This document shows, piece after piece, positions 17,914-27,900 of a DNA stretch of 64,000 nucleotides. The DNA lies in the NCBI GenBank assembly GCA_943359335.1, contig CALRHC010000002.1:1290-65289 (forward strand). Direction: 5' to 3'. Each line of letters starts with the position of its first letter. Position 1 is the first letter of the stretch. Both the position numbers and the translations under genes were made by a program. The stretch comes from Candidatus Yanofskybacteria bacterium (GTDB lineage Bacteria > Patescibacteriota > Minisyncoccia > JACQLN01). The notes under the pieces are model-generated. The model had not been told where the DNA came from. It ran no database searches and worked only from the letters and a program-made list of their open reading frames with translations.

Positions 17914-19284
17914 CTACTTGATTTCTAAGGTCAAACTTTGACTAGAGAAAATTTTAGAAATAGATAACCCCTCTGGCTTAGTGGTGGATTCTATTGTGGC
18001 TGTTATAGGCAACTTTAACCCACCGGAAGCATTATCTTTTACTTTAATTTTTAAAGTTATTTCTTTTTCTTCTTGCGGTTCTATACCAAACAAATCTGTA
18101 TTATTATTTTGATTTAAAATTATTGTTTTAGAAGCAGAGTCTAAACCAGTACTTGGTTGCGCTGAAGTTAAATCAAAGTTATCACTATCTAATTTAATTT
18201 TTAAAGTTAAGTTCGATAGTGGAATATCTAAATTATTTTGATAAACAATTTTATACGTAATAGTTTCTCCAGCACGTGTCGATGTTACGCCGTCCGGGCT
18301 AGTGTTAATAGATAAAGCTAAAGGCGCCACAATAAGTTTTACTGTTCCACTAGCTTCTTTATATGTTTTCCAACTTGTACCTTCCGAACCTTCCACAAAA
18401 GCCCTAAATACTTTTCCTTCGCCTTCTATACCAGTAACTAACCCCTTAATAACCAATGTTTTTTCTTCTTGAGGTAAAATAGAATCTAACTTCCAGACAT
18501 TATTAAATTCCGAAAGTTTCTCGGAAGTTTCTGTTACCCTAAAACCCGCTGGAGATTCTAAACGCAACCTAATATTATTAAAAGCAACCTCACCTTCGTT
18601 TTTTAATTTAAACCTTACCTCTACATTTTCGCCAGAAATAGTTTCGTTGGACGATTCCACATTTAAACTTATTGGGAATGAAGCAATTTTGGTAGCCGCA
18701 GTAGCAACGGATTGAAAAACTATTGTACCGGCCGAAGGCTTAAAGTTAAAAATTGCTTGAGCCTTTCTTTCAAAGTTATCGCCACCGTAAACAACTGCCT
18801 TAAATTCCCTTTCGTATAAACCACTTGGGTTAAGCACTGGAATATTAATCGTTTGTTTTAAAACACTTTGTTTAAACTGATCAGCTTCGGAAGTAGAAAT
18901 TACTGGTTGGGAAAAATCTGGAAACTGAAAGGTTAAAACACCATCCTTAAGTTCTGTTTCATTTTTATTAACCAGTCTTAATTTCCAAGTAACAGTTTCA
19001 CCCGCATCTACCTCGCTTGGAGCACTTAACTTAATTTCTACACGGTCTTTTCTAAAAGCGTAAAAACCCCGAAAGAAAACGTAAACTGCTACAGTTACTG
19101 CCAGCAAAAAGAAAATACCGGCACCAAAAAATATTTTTTTCCAGATAGCTGGCGAAGGCGCTACATCTTCTGTTAATGGCGGCGGGGCAACAACTTCTTC
19201 TTTTACAGCTTCAACTTCGACCGGAGGTAAAACTGGTTTTTGTTCGGTATAAAGCTTTTTTTGTAGTTCTTCTAAATTATCCAT
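17914..19284 (-). CDS. hypothetical membrane-anchored extracellular beta-rich protein
   Basis: Pro-rich N-terminus, single TM, repeated beta-strand domains. Confidence 0.5.
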   Translation of the reverse strand: MDNLEELQKKLYTEQKPVLPPVEVEAVKEEVVAPPPLTEDVAPSPAIWKKIFFGAGIFFLLAVTVAVYVFFRGFYAFRKDRVEIKLSAPSEVDAGETVTWKLRLVNKNETELKDGVLTFQFPDFSQPVISTSEADQFKQSVLKQTINIPVLNPSGLYEREFKAVVYGGDNFERKAQAIFNFKPSAGTIVFQSVATAATKIASFPISLNVESSNETISGENVEVRFKLKNEGEVAFNNIRLRLESPAGFRVTETSEKLSEFNNVWKLDSILPQEEKTLVIKGLVTGIEGEGKVFRAFVEGSEGTSWKTYKEASGTVKLIVAPLALSINTSPDGVTSTRAGETITYKIVYQNNLDIPLSNLTLKIKLDSDNFDLTSAQPSTGLDSASKTIILNQNNNTDLFGIEPQEEKEITLKIKVKDNASGGLKLPITATIESTTKPEGLSISKIFSSQSLTLEIK

Positions 19285-19377
19285 GGAGTATTCGCTAACA
19301 TACTAATTGATACTAATATTGCTAATAAAATTCATTCGCTATATTGGCACTAATTAGCCATATTCACGATAACTTAA

Positions 19378-19929
19378 TTATATCAGCTTGTCTAAATTAA
19401 CCCCAAAATTATTTAAAAACATATCTTTTATCCTTGTTCTAAGTATAGCGGAATCTGCTAGTTTAAAATCTGGTGCTCTAGGGTTTAAACCGTTGGAATC
19501 TAAGATATGGTAACACCACAAATAAGCCGACTCTTTTAAACCTTCTCGGGTGGCATATTTATTATTTAAAATAGAAAAAAAATCTGCAGTTTGTTGCCAA
19601 ATTTTTTCTTCACCCATGCCTGGTTCAAAAATCCTAAATATAATTTGTGTGGCAAAATGTGCCAACTTTAAACGATATAAATCACTTTTTAAAACCAAAT
19701 GAGAATCTTTAATTTTAAAATCTGTAATTATTGGTATATGTTTTGACGGCACAAAAAAAACTTCGGTATGATTAAACATATCTAAACCATGCCGAAGTTT
19801 GCCACTATGTTTGCGTACACTTTTTGCCTGCAATTCCATTAAGCCAAATTCTTTGGTATAAAGCGTAAAAACAGCGTCCGCTTCGCGACGTGGCGAATTT
19901 TTTAAAATAATACCTTCTATAGATTTCAT
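19378..19929 (-). CDS. recO: DNA repair protein RecO (short)
   Basis: N-terminal OB-fold pattern GIILK..GE.D.....T...G......AK..RK. Confidence 0.7.
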   Translation of the reverse strand: MKSIEGIILKNSPRREADAVFTLYTKEFGLMELQAKSVRKHSGKLRHGLDMFNHTEVFFVPSKHIPIITDFKIKDSHLVLKSDLYRLKLAHFATQIIFRIFEPGMGEEKIWQQTADFFSILNNKYATREGLKESAYLWCYHILDSNGLNPRAPDFKLADSAILRTRIKDMFLNNFGVNLDKLI

Positions 19930-20013
19930 AAACGCTAAAAGTATAACAAATTAGCGCGTAAGACACAGCATCATTCCGAGTAGCATTATGGAGAAGACTA
20001 TCTAAAATCAATT

Positions 20014-20051
20014 GACGATAAACCTTGCTTAAGCAAGGTTTATATATCGTC
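20014..20051. promoter_or_regulatory. 38-nt near-perfect palindrome GACGATAAACCTTGC-TTAA-GCAAGGTTTATATATCGTC in divergent recO/glycosyltransferase promoter region (repeat family F2)
   Basis: perfect dyad; second diverged copy at 11031-11067. Confidence 0.5.
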
Positions 20052-20104
20052 TACGAGGAATAACGTTGTCTATAAAAACATATTTTGCGCTACACTATAT
20101 AAAA

Positions 20105-21700
20105 ATGAGCAGAAACAAAAAAATTCTAATAGCAATTATGGCCCTAGCTGGCATTTTGCGCTTGTGGGGTTTAGGCTCGACCGAACTCGTTTTTGACGAA
20201 TCTTTTTATTCTTTTCGTTCTATTGGCTGGCTAGATTACCTAGAAAGCTCCTACCAAACCACACCTGTGCAGTGGTTAAATGGTGTAAATATGCCATGGT
20301 GGCTTAATCTTTCTTTTCACGACCACCCACCCTTATTCTTTCTGGTTCAAAAAATATTCTTTAATTTATTTGGCGATTCACTTTTTGTTTCACGCTTGCC
20401 TTCGGCAATTTTTGGAATTTTATTTGTTTATTTAATTTACTTAACTAGCAAAAAACTTTTTAAAAAAGAAGAGGTTGGTTTAGTTTCGGCCTTTATTGTG
20501 GCTATTAGTTTTGCCCATGTTTCGCTTTCGCGTATGGCCATGATGGAATCGGTTTTGTTCTTTTTTATACTGCTTAATATTTATTATTTTCTACAACTAC
20601 TCGAAAATAAAAAATACTGGTGGCGTTTCGGCTTAACATTTGGCCTCGCCATGTTAACCAAATACATTGCCGTATTTTTAATACCAACCTATCTTGTATA
20701 CCTTTTAATTTTTAGACGCGACTTATTTAAAAATTCTAAGCTTTATTTAGCTTTAATTTTAGCCGTAATAATTTTCTCGCCAGTTATTGTTTATAATATT
20801 TATTCTTACAAAAGCTTTGGCCATTTCGATTTACAGCTAGCTTACGTATTGAAACAAAACACGCCTTGGCCAACCGAAGCTTTTGGCGGCAAAACCCAAG
20901 ATCCTTTCTCTAAAATCGGCGAGAACTTGCCAGTGGTTTTTTCTGTGCCGTTTTTAGCGACAGCTTTGATTGGAATAATTTTATCGTCGATTAAATTTAG
21001 AAAAGAACTTGCCTTAATATTAATTTATTTTATTTTTATAATCTTACTTCTAGTGCAAACAGGTTCGGCTATTAGATTTATTTCTTTACTTGTAATTCCT
21101 GCTACTTTTTTTATAACAGCACTTATTTTATTTTTATGGCAAAAACCTTACAAATTTTTAAGCGTTGGGATTATTTTATTATCGATACTAGTTGGCGAAT
21201 TATATAACTATGCTTTTTTGCGCCCAGATTATGGCGTAGTAAAATTAGATAAATATTTTGATTCTGTGTTCGAAAATAATCGACCAGAAATTTTACCTAC
21301 GCACCCCAACCCATATTTAAATACTGTTATTAAAAAATATGCAGAAAAATACCCTGCCACACTTGCACCAACCGGCATAATTTACGACGACAATATTGCT
21401 TTGCAATCATCCTTATGGCTTTTTGCTCGCCGCCAGTACTACCACGGCGCCCCTGTTATGACAGCAAGTAACTTTGAAAATATTATACAGAAAAACGGCG
21501 TCTCGGCTTTTAAAGATTTTACACTCTACTTTATTAAGGCCGAGGAAGCGGCACCCTTAAAGCCAACTGCTCCAACCGAATATGCTAAAAATGTAGAATT
21601 ACTTTTACAAAAAAATAACCAAAAACCGGTAATTGTAATTACCGGTTTTGGAGCAAACAATATTCCTGCTTTTAAAGTCTATAAATTTTCTCTTAAGTAG
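20105..21700 (+). CDS. GT39/GT83-like (ArnT/PMT family) membrane glycosyltransferase
   Basis: N-terminal polytopic region with DE..Y..RS motif typical of ArnT/PMT; ATG at 20105 preferred over TTG 20066. Confidence 0.75.
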   Translation: MSRNKKILIAIMALAGILRLWGLGSTELVFDESFYSFRSIGWLDYLESSYQTTPVQWLNGVNMPWWLNLSFHDHPPLFFLVQKIFFNLFGDSLFVSRLPSAIFGILFVYLIYLTSKKLFKKEEVGLVSAFIVAISFAHVSLSRMAMMESVLFFFILLNIYYFLQLLENKKYWWRFGLTFGLAMLTKYIAVFLIPTYLVYLLIFRRDLFKNSKLYLALILAVIIFSPVIVYNIYSYKSFGHFDLQLAYVLKQNTPWPTEAFGGKTQDPFSKIGENLPVVFSVPFLATALIGIILSSIKFRKELALILIYFIFIILLLVQTGSAIRFISLLVIPATFFITALILFLWQKPYKFLSVGIILLSILVGELYNYAFLRPDYGVVKLDKYFDSVFENNRPEILPTHPNPYLNTVIKKYAEKYPATLAPTGIIYDDNIALQSSLWLFARRQYYHGAPVMTASNFENIIQKNGVSAFKDFTLYFIKAEEAAPLKPTAPTEYAKNVELLLQKNNQKPVIVITGFGANNIPAFKVYKFSLK

Positions 21701-21701
21701 A

Positions 21702-22073
21702 CTATTCTTTTTCTAAATCCAAACACACAGAATTTATACAATAACGCTTACCGCCTTTCTCGGCTGGGCCATCGTCGAACACATGGCCCAAATGTGCACC
21801 ACATTTTTTACAAACAACTTCGGTACGAGCCATACCCAAACTATTATCTTCTTTTAATTCTACGTTTTCTAAATTGGCAGGTTGGGTAAAACTTGGCCAA
21901 CCAGTACCGGAATCAAATTTAGTATCCGAAGAAAAAAGTTCTGTACCACAAACCGCGCACTTATACATTCCCTTTTCTTTTGTATCTACGTATTTACCAC
22001 TAAAAGGCACCTCGGTGCCTTTTTCGCGAGCTACATGATAAAGCTCTGGATCTAATTCTTTATCGTCTTTCAT
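21702..22073 (-). CDS. msrB: peptide-methionine (R)-S-oxide reductase
   Basis: GWPSF, two CxxC pairs, RYCINS. Confidence 0.95.
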   Translation of the reverse strand: MKDDKELDPELYHVAREKGTEVPFSGKYVDTKEKGMYKCAVCGTELFSSDTKFDSGTGWPSFTQPANLENVELKEDNSLGMARTEVVCKKCGAHLGHVFDDGPAEKGGKRYCINSVCLDLEKE

Positions 22074-22076
22074 ATT

Positions 22077-22601
22077 TTATTTCTTTAATAGTTCGTAAAA
22101 CTTCTCCTTCAACTTTTCTAACTTGGGGCTAATTATTAACTGACAATATGGTTTATCTTTATTTCTAGCATAAAAATCTTTGTGATAACTTTCAGCTTCG
22201 TAAAATTTTTCTAGCGATTTAACTTGTGTAACAACTTTCTCGCCCGATTGATTCAACTCTGTAATAAATTCTTTGACCTCTTTTTCTTGCTCGAGCGAAG
22301 TATACAAAATTATAGAACGATACTGCGTACCCACATCATTACCTTGGCGGTTTAGCGTTGTCGGATCGTGTGTAGCAAAAAACACCGTAAGTAAATCTTT
22401 AAAAGAAGTTTCGGCCGAATCAAACTCTATTTTAATAACTTCGGCGTGGCCAGTATTACCACTACTAACTTCCTCATATGTAGGGTTTTCTTTTGCTCCA
22501 CCCGCATAACCCGAAGTTACGCTTTTAACCCCTTTTAATTGTTTGAATACGGCTTCGGTACACCAAAAACAACCGCCACCAAATACTATAGTTTGAATCA
22601 T
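22077..22601 (-). CDS. msrA: peptide-methionine (S)-S-oxide reductase
   Basis: GGGCFWC active site. Confidence 0.95.
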   Translation of the reverse strand: MIQTIVFGGGCFWCTEAVFKQLKGVKSVTSGYAGGAKENPTYEEVSSGNTGHAEVIKIEFDSAETSFKDLLTVFFATHDPTTLNRQGNDVGTQYRSIILYTSLEQEKEVKEFITELNQSGEKVVTQVKSLEKFYEAESYHKDFYARNKDKPYCQLIISPKLEKLKEKFYELLKK

Positions 22602-22611
22602 AAAAAATTAA

Positions 22612-22884
22612 CTAATCTCGGCCGTGTCCTCTGTTCCAAACAAAAGCGAAAACAAAGCCAACTACATAACCCATCAAAGCTGTAAACACTATAAGTTTAA
22701 CAGCTCGTGTGGCTATAAACGGAGAAACAACAAAAGGATTATTTAAAAAATGAATTCTGTAAATCATATCAAGCATTTTTTGCCCCAAACCCATAAAAAC
22801 CATAAGCGACCACATTGCATGCATCAAACCCACAAATAAACTTACAGTTAGAGCTGTTCTATTTTTATTTAATTTAACTGCCAT
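22612..22884 (-). CDS. small hypothetical membrane protein
   Basis: 90 aa, 3 TM. Confidence 0.4.
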   Translation of the reverse strand: MAVKLNKNRTALTVSLFVGLMHAMWSLMVFMGLGQKMLDMIYRIHFLNNPFVVSPFIATRAVKLIVFTALMGYVVGFVFAFVWNRGHGRD

Positions 22885-23015
22885 ATTTTTCTATGAATGA
22901 AATGAATAGTTAAAAATATGTGTCCGCCGTAGCTTTGCTTGATTCTTTATCAGTACCTGATAAATACGGGCGAAGGCGGGCCATACTCCTAAATATCTAT
23001 TTATTTAACGACCTT

Positions 23016-23270
23016 TTATTTTTTACTTCCCAATAACTTAGATAAAACAAAAGTGAAAAGTCCAATCATAACTGTCATAATGCCAGCATAAACAAATTTA
23101 GCTTGTACGGTATCTTTAGTTAAAGGAAAAGCATATTCAATAGAAGTCTTAACTGCATCGTTCCAAGCTAGACCCGCCACCAAACCCAATGCTGTTACAA
23201 TATAACCCAAAGTTTTTTCTCTAAGTTCTTGCCTAATCTCCGATTGAGTTTTTTTGATCCGATCCATCAT
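23016..23270 (-). CDS. small hypothetical membrane protein
   Basis: 84 aa, 2 TM. Confidence 0.4.
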   Translation of the reverse strand: MMDRIKKTQSEIRQELREKTLGYIVTALGLVAGLAWNDAVKTSIEYAFPLTKDTVQAKFVYAGIMTVMIGLFTFVLSKLLGSKK

Positions 23271-23289
23271 AAATTTATTTTACCATAAT

Positions 23290-23823
23290 TTAAGTTGCCA
23301 TTCCTTTTTTTAGACTTTTTCTTATAGCCAAATAATTAGGAACTGTTTTAGCTACCAAATTCCAAAAATTACGCGAGTGGTTAAATTCGCCCAAGTGGCA
23401 AAGTTCGTGAACAATAATATAATCTGCTTGTTCTGGCGATAACAAAGCAATTTTGTAATTAAAATTTAAGTTCCCCTTTTTAGAACAACTGCCCCAACGA
23501 GTTTTTTGGTTTCTTATATTTATTTTATTAAATTTAAAACCATAAAATTGGTTAAAATAACTAACTCGGTTTTGAGCCAGCGCCAAAGCTTCGGCTTTAT
23601 ATTTTTTAAAATCTTTTCTGCCTAGTAAAATTCTTGGAGTAAAAGGCTTAAAGCCTTCCAGCTTTTTTAAAATCCATTCTGTATTTTTAGTAACAAATTG
23701 GTTTATAAAATTCTGGCTCGCCGAATGCGGCGCGGTTAACACCACCGCGCCATCGCAATAAATAGCGAGCCGTAATCTTCTAGATTTTTTACTTAATTTT
23801 AGAGTGTATTTAATATCGCTCAT
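23290..23823 (-). CDS. YgjP-like (DUF45/M48-type) zinc metallopeptidase
   Basis: RWGSCS...ADYIIVHELCHLGEFNHSRNFW HExxH motif. Confidence 0.8.
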   Translation of the reverse strand: MSDIKYTLKLSKKSRRLRLAIYCDGAVVLTAPHSASQNFINQFVTKNTEWILKKLEGFKPFTPRILLGRKDFKKYKAEALALAQNRVSYFNQFYGFKFNKINIRNQKTRWGSCSKKGNLNFNYKIALLSPEQADYIIVHELCHLGEFNHSRNFWNLVAKTVPNYLAIRKSLKKGMAT

Positions 23824-23862
23824 TTAATCTTGATCTAATTTTACTTTCAAAACATTAAAAAA

Positions 23863-23884
23863 CCCAGCAGTACCACCTGCTGGG
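23863..23884 (-). terminator. hairpin CCCAGCAG-TACCAC-CTGCTGGG after 23895..24380 gene
   Basis: minus-strand T-run TTTTTTAATG. Confidence 0.6.
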
Positions 23885-23894
23885 TTAAATCTAC

Positions 23895-24380
23895 CTATGG
23901 AAGAACTTCTCTTTTGCTGAACAAAAGAGGGATTTCACATACAAGAAACACTATAGTAAAAATCATTAGATCGTTTATATCTCCACCATAATTTGATGCT
24001 TTACCCTTTGCGTTTGCCATATCACCCAAAGAAAGCTGAAACATCTCCACCATGATAGCGGCAACCCAAGAAAGAAAAATGGACTTAAGTAATATTTTTC
24101 TTAATGGGTTCTTGATAAAAAACGGTCCATCAAACATGGTTGCTATACCAAAAGCAAAGCCCGGAACAAAGAATACATCAGCCATGTACCAACGAATATA
24201 CCATGGACCGATAATCCAAGAGGAAAGGGCTTTTCCTACTGCCCAAAACAACAAGCAGTTCGCGCACATCCATGCCGTGTAGCTAGTTCTTTTAAACGCA
24301 ATAATCTGAAGAGGAAACAAGCCTATTGAGACTACAGTAAAGATAACCCTACCAACCATTAAAGGTGTGTAAAATTCCAT
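23895..24380 (-). CDS. hypothetical 4-TM membrane protein
   Basis: 161 aa, hydrophobic. Confidence 0.5.
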   Translation of the reverse strand: MEFYTPLMVGRVIFTVVSIGLFPLQIIAFKRTSYTAWMCANCLLFWAVGKALSSWIIGPWYIRWYMADVFFVPGFAFGIATMFDGPFFIKNPLRKILLKSIFLSWVAAIMVEMFQLSLGDMANAKGKASNYGGDINDLMIFTIVFLVCEIPLLFSKREVLP

Positions 24381-24464
24381 ACTAACCCTCCTTTGTTTTT
24401 ACTCATTTTATTTTAGAGAACTTGTAAAGATACTAAAACAAAGTATAAATAAAGTCAAGTTAAA

Positions 24465-24728
24465 TCAACCAATCCTTACGGGTTGAATTTGACCTTGGTT
24501 TAATTTTACTGCGGGTGCGCCGTGAATTAATTGTATGGTGCCTATCCTCTCGCCACACTTAGAACACAAAACACTTGCTCCAGTGGGCAAGTGTTTTGGC
24601 AAAGAAATATAGTCTTCTAAAATTCTGCCAAGAAAACATTTAATCAATCGGCCAGTGCCGGCTTTTTGATATTTAAAAATATCCTTTCCGCACTTACACT
24701 CCACAACAACAGTCGAAAGACGAGACAT
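24465..24728 (-). CDS. hypothetical zinc-ribbon protein
   Basis: CKC...C and CSKCGE pairs. Confidence 0.4.
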   Translation of the reverse strand: MSRLSTVVVECKCGKDIFKYQKAGTGRLIKCFLGRILEDYISLPKHLPTGASVLCSKCGERIGTIQLIHGAPAVKLNQGQIQPVRIG

Positions 24729-24730
24729 TT

Positions 24731-24931
24731 TTATTTTCTGCGTTTTTTAAAATCATGCGTATATATAAAAACAATCAATACGAACAATAAAACAATGACG
24801 CCGATCAGACCTCTTAATAAATCTTTTCCATATATAAACGCAACAGTGGCAAAACTCAATCCGATTATCGAAACGGTCATTCTAACTCTTTGCGCATATT
24901 CACTAAGCTTCGAAAAAAAATCAGTGATCAT
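24731..24931 (-). CDS. small hypothetical membrane protein
   Basis: 66 aa, 2 TM. Confidence 0.35.
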   Translation of the reverse strand: MITDFFSKLSEYAQRVRMTVSIIGLSFATVAFIYGKDLLRGLIGVIVLLFVLIVFIYTHDFKKRRK

Positions 24932-24939
24932 TTACATTT

Positions 24940-27900
24940 TTAAACCCTTTTGATTCCTACTCCAATCTCAAAACCTTCGTAATTCCAAACTTTGTGAACC
25001 AAGAAACTTTCGGTTTCGGTTATGCCAAAGTGAATTTGGGTAGAACGAGTTTCTTGTTTAATTACATCCTCCCAACGGGCTAATAATTCTTTAAAACCAG
25101 TGTTTTGGTTTAGTTCGTAATACAAAATTATTTTATCTTCGGGTGTTAACTTCGCTTCTTTTCTCATTTCGTTAATATTCCTAATCATCTCGCGCACCAT
25201 ACCTTCTTCTTTAAGTTCCGCCGTAAGCACAGTATCCAAACTAACACTATTTTTTTCTATTTTTCTATCGCTTAAAACTTTTTTAACATTAAGTTCTTCG
25301 GCCACAATGTATAAAACATCACCAATTAAATTGTAATCGGCTGGCGAAACATACAACGCATTAAGTGGCTGGCGTACGCGCAAACCTGCTTGAGCGCGTT
25401 CAGCAAGGCCCAATGCCACAATTTCGCGAGCTCTTTCCATAGCTTTCATAACATCGGAAGCTTTAACTGCTTTTGTATTTGGCCAAGGCTCTAAGTGAAC
25501 AGATTCTCTGTATCCAGCAACTTGAGTTAGATCTTTTAAGCTTTGGTGTAACCATTCCGATATAAACGGTGCGAATGGCGCCATTATAATTGCGGTGCGT
25601 TTTAAAACTTCGGTTAAAGTATTTTGAGCCGATAATTTTTCGGCATCTATATTTTGTTTTTGAAATTTGCGGCGGCTACGGCGAATATACCAATTAGAAA
25701 GTTCGTCTATAAATTCTTCTATGGCACGCGAAGCGGAAGTTATATCGTACGAATCTAAAAATTTATTTACATCAAATTCCAATTTTTCTAAACGCATTAA
25801 AACCCATTTATCTAGAATATCTGTTTTAGCCGCCAAAGATTTTGGAGGCACAACAAAATATGTTTCTAAAAACAAAAACGAATTAATTAGAGTATCGGCA
25901 AACCTGCGCTTTTTACTTTCTATATCGCGCATACTAAAAAGTTTATTATCGCCCGGCGCGTTTACAGTGTAAAAGTACCAACGCATCATGTCGAAACCAA
26001 CTTTCTCGCCTACCATCCATGGGTCTACAATATTCCCCTTCGATTTAGACATCTTTTCGCCTTTTTCATCTAATACATGGTTTAAACTAATTACATTTTT
26101 GTATGGCGCGCCTTCGCCCAAGGCTGTGCTAACCGCCATTAAGGTGTAGAACCAACCACGGGTTTGGTCGATAGCTTCGCAAATGTAATCTGCTGGAAAT
26201 TTGTCCTTACCCAAGTTTTGAGATTTAAGTTTTGAGATTTGAGATCCATGTTGGGCCCACGGCATCGCGCCCGAATCAAACCAAACATCGGCTAAGTCTT
26301 TTATACGTTCCATCTTTGAGGAACACATAGAACACTTGAGGAACACATTGTCTGCGTACGGGCGATGCAGGTTTAAATTCCCTTCTTCGTCGCGTGGCCA
26401 GTTATTTGTTTCTACAAAAGCAAATTCGGCAGGATCCAATGCTAACTTAGTGTTCTTAATTACGTTTCTATATAAAAGCGCTTCGTCTTCACCATAAATT
26501 CCGTTAGATAACAAAAGCAAAAATAGGGGATCCATATGGCTTACCACTGCAATTTTTTTACCCGCATGTTTTTTGGAAACTTCCACCATAAATTCACGAA
26601 CTCTTTTAGATACATCTAGCCACGATTCGCCTTCTGGTGGGCGGCGCATAAACCTTTCTTTATAGGAATTAAAATAGTTTTTATATTCAATCGCCGGCCC
26701 GCCGTTAAATTCGCCAGTATTAAGTTCGCGTAAACGTTCGTCGAAAATAACTTCTTTTATTTTTAATTCGTCGGCTAAAATTTGCGCAGTTTCGCGAGTG
26801 CGTAATAAATCGGAAGCATAAATTGCTACCACCTTTTCTTTATCTAATTGTTTTTTAATTTTCTTAGCGGATTCTTCTGCCTGCTTCCTACCTTTTTCGG
26901 TTAAAGGGTTTAAAAACTTTTCTGGGTAACAACTACACAAATTTTTTACATTAGATTCTGCCTCGCCGTGACGCATTAAAACCAAAGTAGCTGGGGTATC
27001 TGGGCGGTGTTGGTTAAGTTCTTCTAAAGAACCGATTACGGTTTTGTGTTCGCATTTGGTGCATTCCCAAATTGGCAGTGGCGTACCCCAATACCTTTCA
27101 CGGCTTATGGCCCAGTCCTTAACTTCGCGTAACCATTCGCCAAACCTACCTTCTTTAATGTGTTCGGGTACCCAATTAACTTTTTCGTTATTTTTAATTA
27201 AATCGCCACGTAACGCCGACATTTTTATAAACCAACTTTCTTGTGCGTAATATAGTAACGGCGATTTACAACGCCAACAGAATGGATATTCGTGTTTGTA
27301 GCTAGCTTCGCTAAATAACAAATTTTTTGTTTTTAAATAAAACAAAATTGTTTTTTCGGTTATAGGGTCTTTTTTGTTTTCGCTAACAATAGCAAGACCG
27401 CCTACCACTGGAACAGATTTTATAAAAACTCCTTCGCGATTAACCGTGTGGAATTTTGGCAAATTTAATTTGGTACCAAGTTCAAAATCGTCGGCGCCAT
27501 ACATTACTGCGGTATGCACAATCCCCGTGCCGTCTTCTGTGGTTACAAAATCGGCTTCGTAAACTTTGTAAGAATTTTCACTTTCTAATTCTTTAACTGC
27601 AAATAAAGCCTCGTAAGAAAGTTTGGTAAGATCACCCGCTTTTAATTCTTTATTTATTTTATATTCGTGTCCTGCTAAAACTTTCTCGGCCAAGTCTTTG
27701 GCTAAAATATATTTCTCACCGTTAACTTCGGCCTCTACATAAACAACTTTTGGCCCTACTGCCAAAGCAACATTACCTGGTAAAGTCCATGGCGTGGTAG
27801 TCCACGCTAATAAGTATGTATTTTCTAGTTCTTTAACTTTAAATTTTATAGTTACCGATCTATCTGTAACTGTTTCGTAACCTTGCGCCACTTCGTGGCT

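Noticed and set aside
20066-20104. TTG start at 20066 for the glycosyltransferase (track) and TTG 52945 for MazG-like
   Set aside because: In both cases a downstream ATG (20105; 52915) gives the conserved N-terminus. Upstream extensions add non-conserved residues and, for MazG, are preceded by an in-frame TAA.
22885-23015. Intergenic segment with ACCTGATAAATACGGGCGAAGG resembling the 3' half of a TPP riboswitch
   Set aside because: The obligatory 5' CUGAGA/GGGGUGC elements are absent and the downstream gene is an unrelated small membrane protein.
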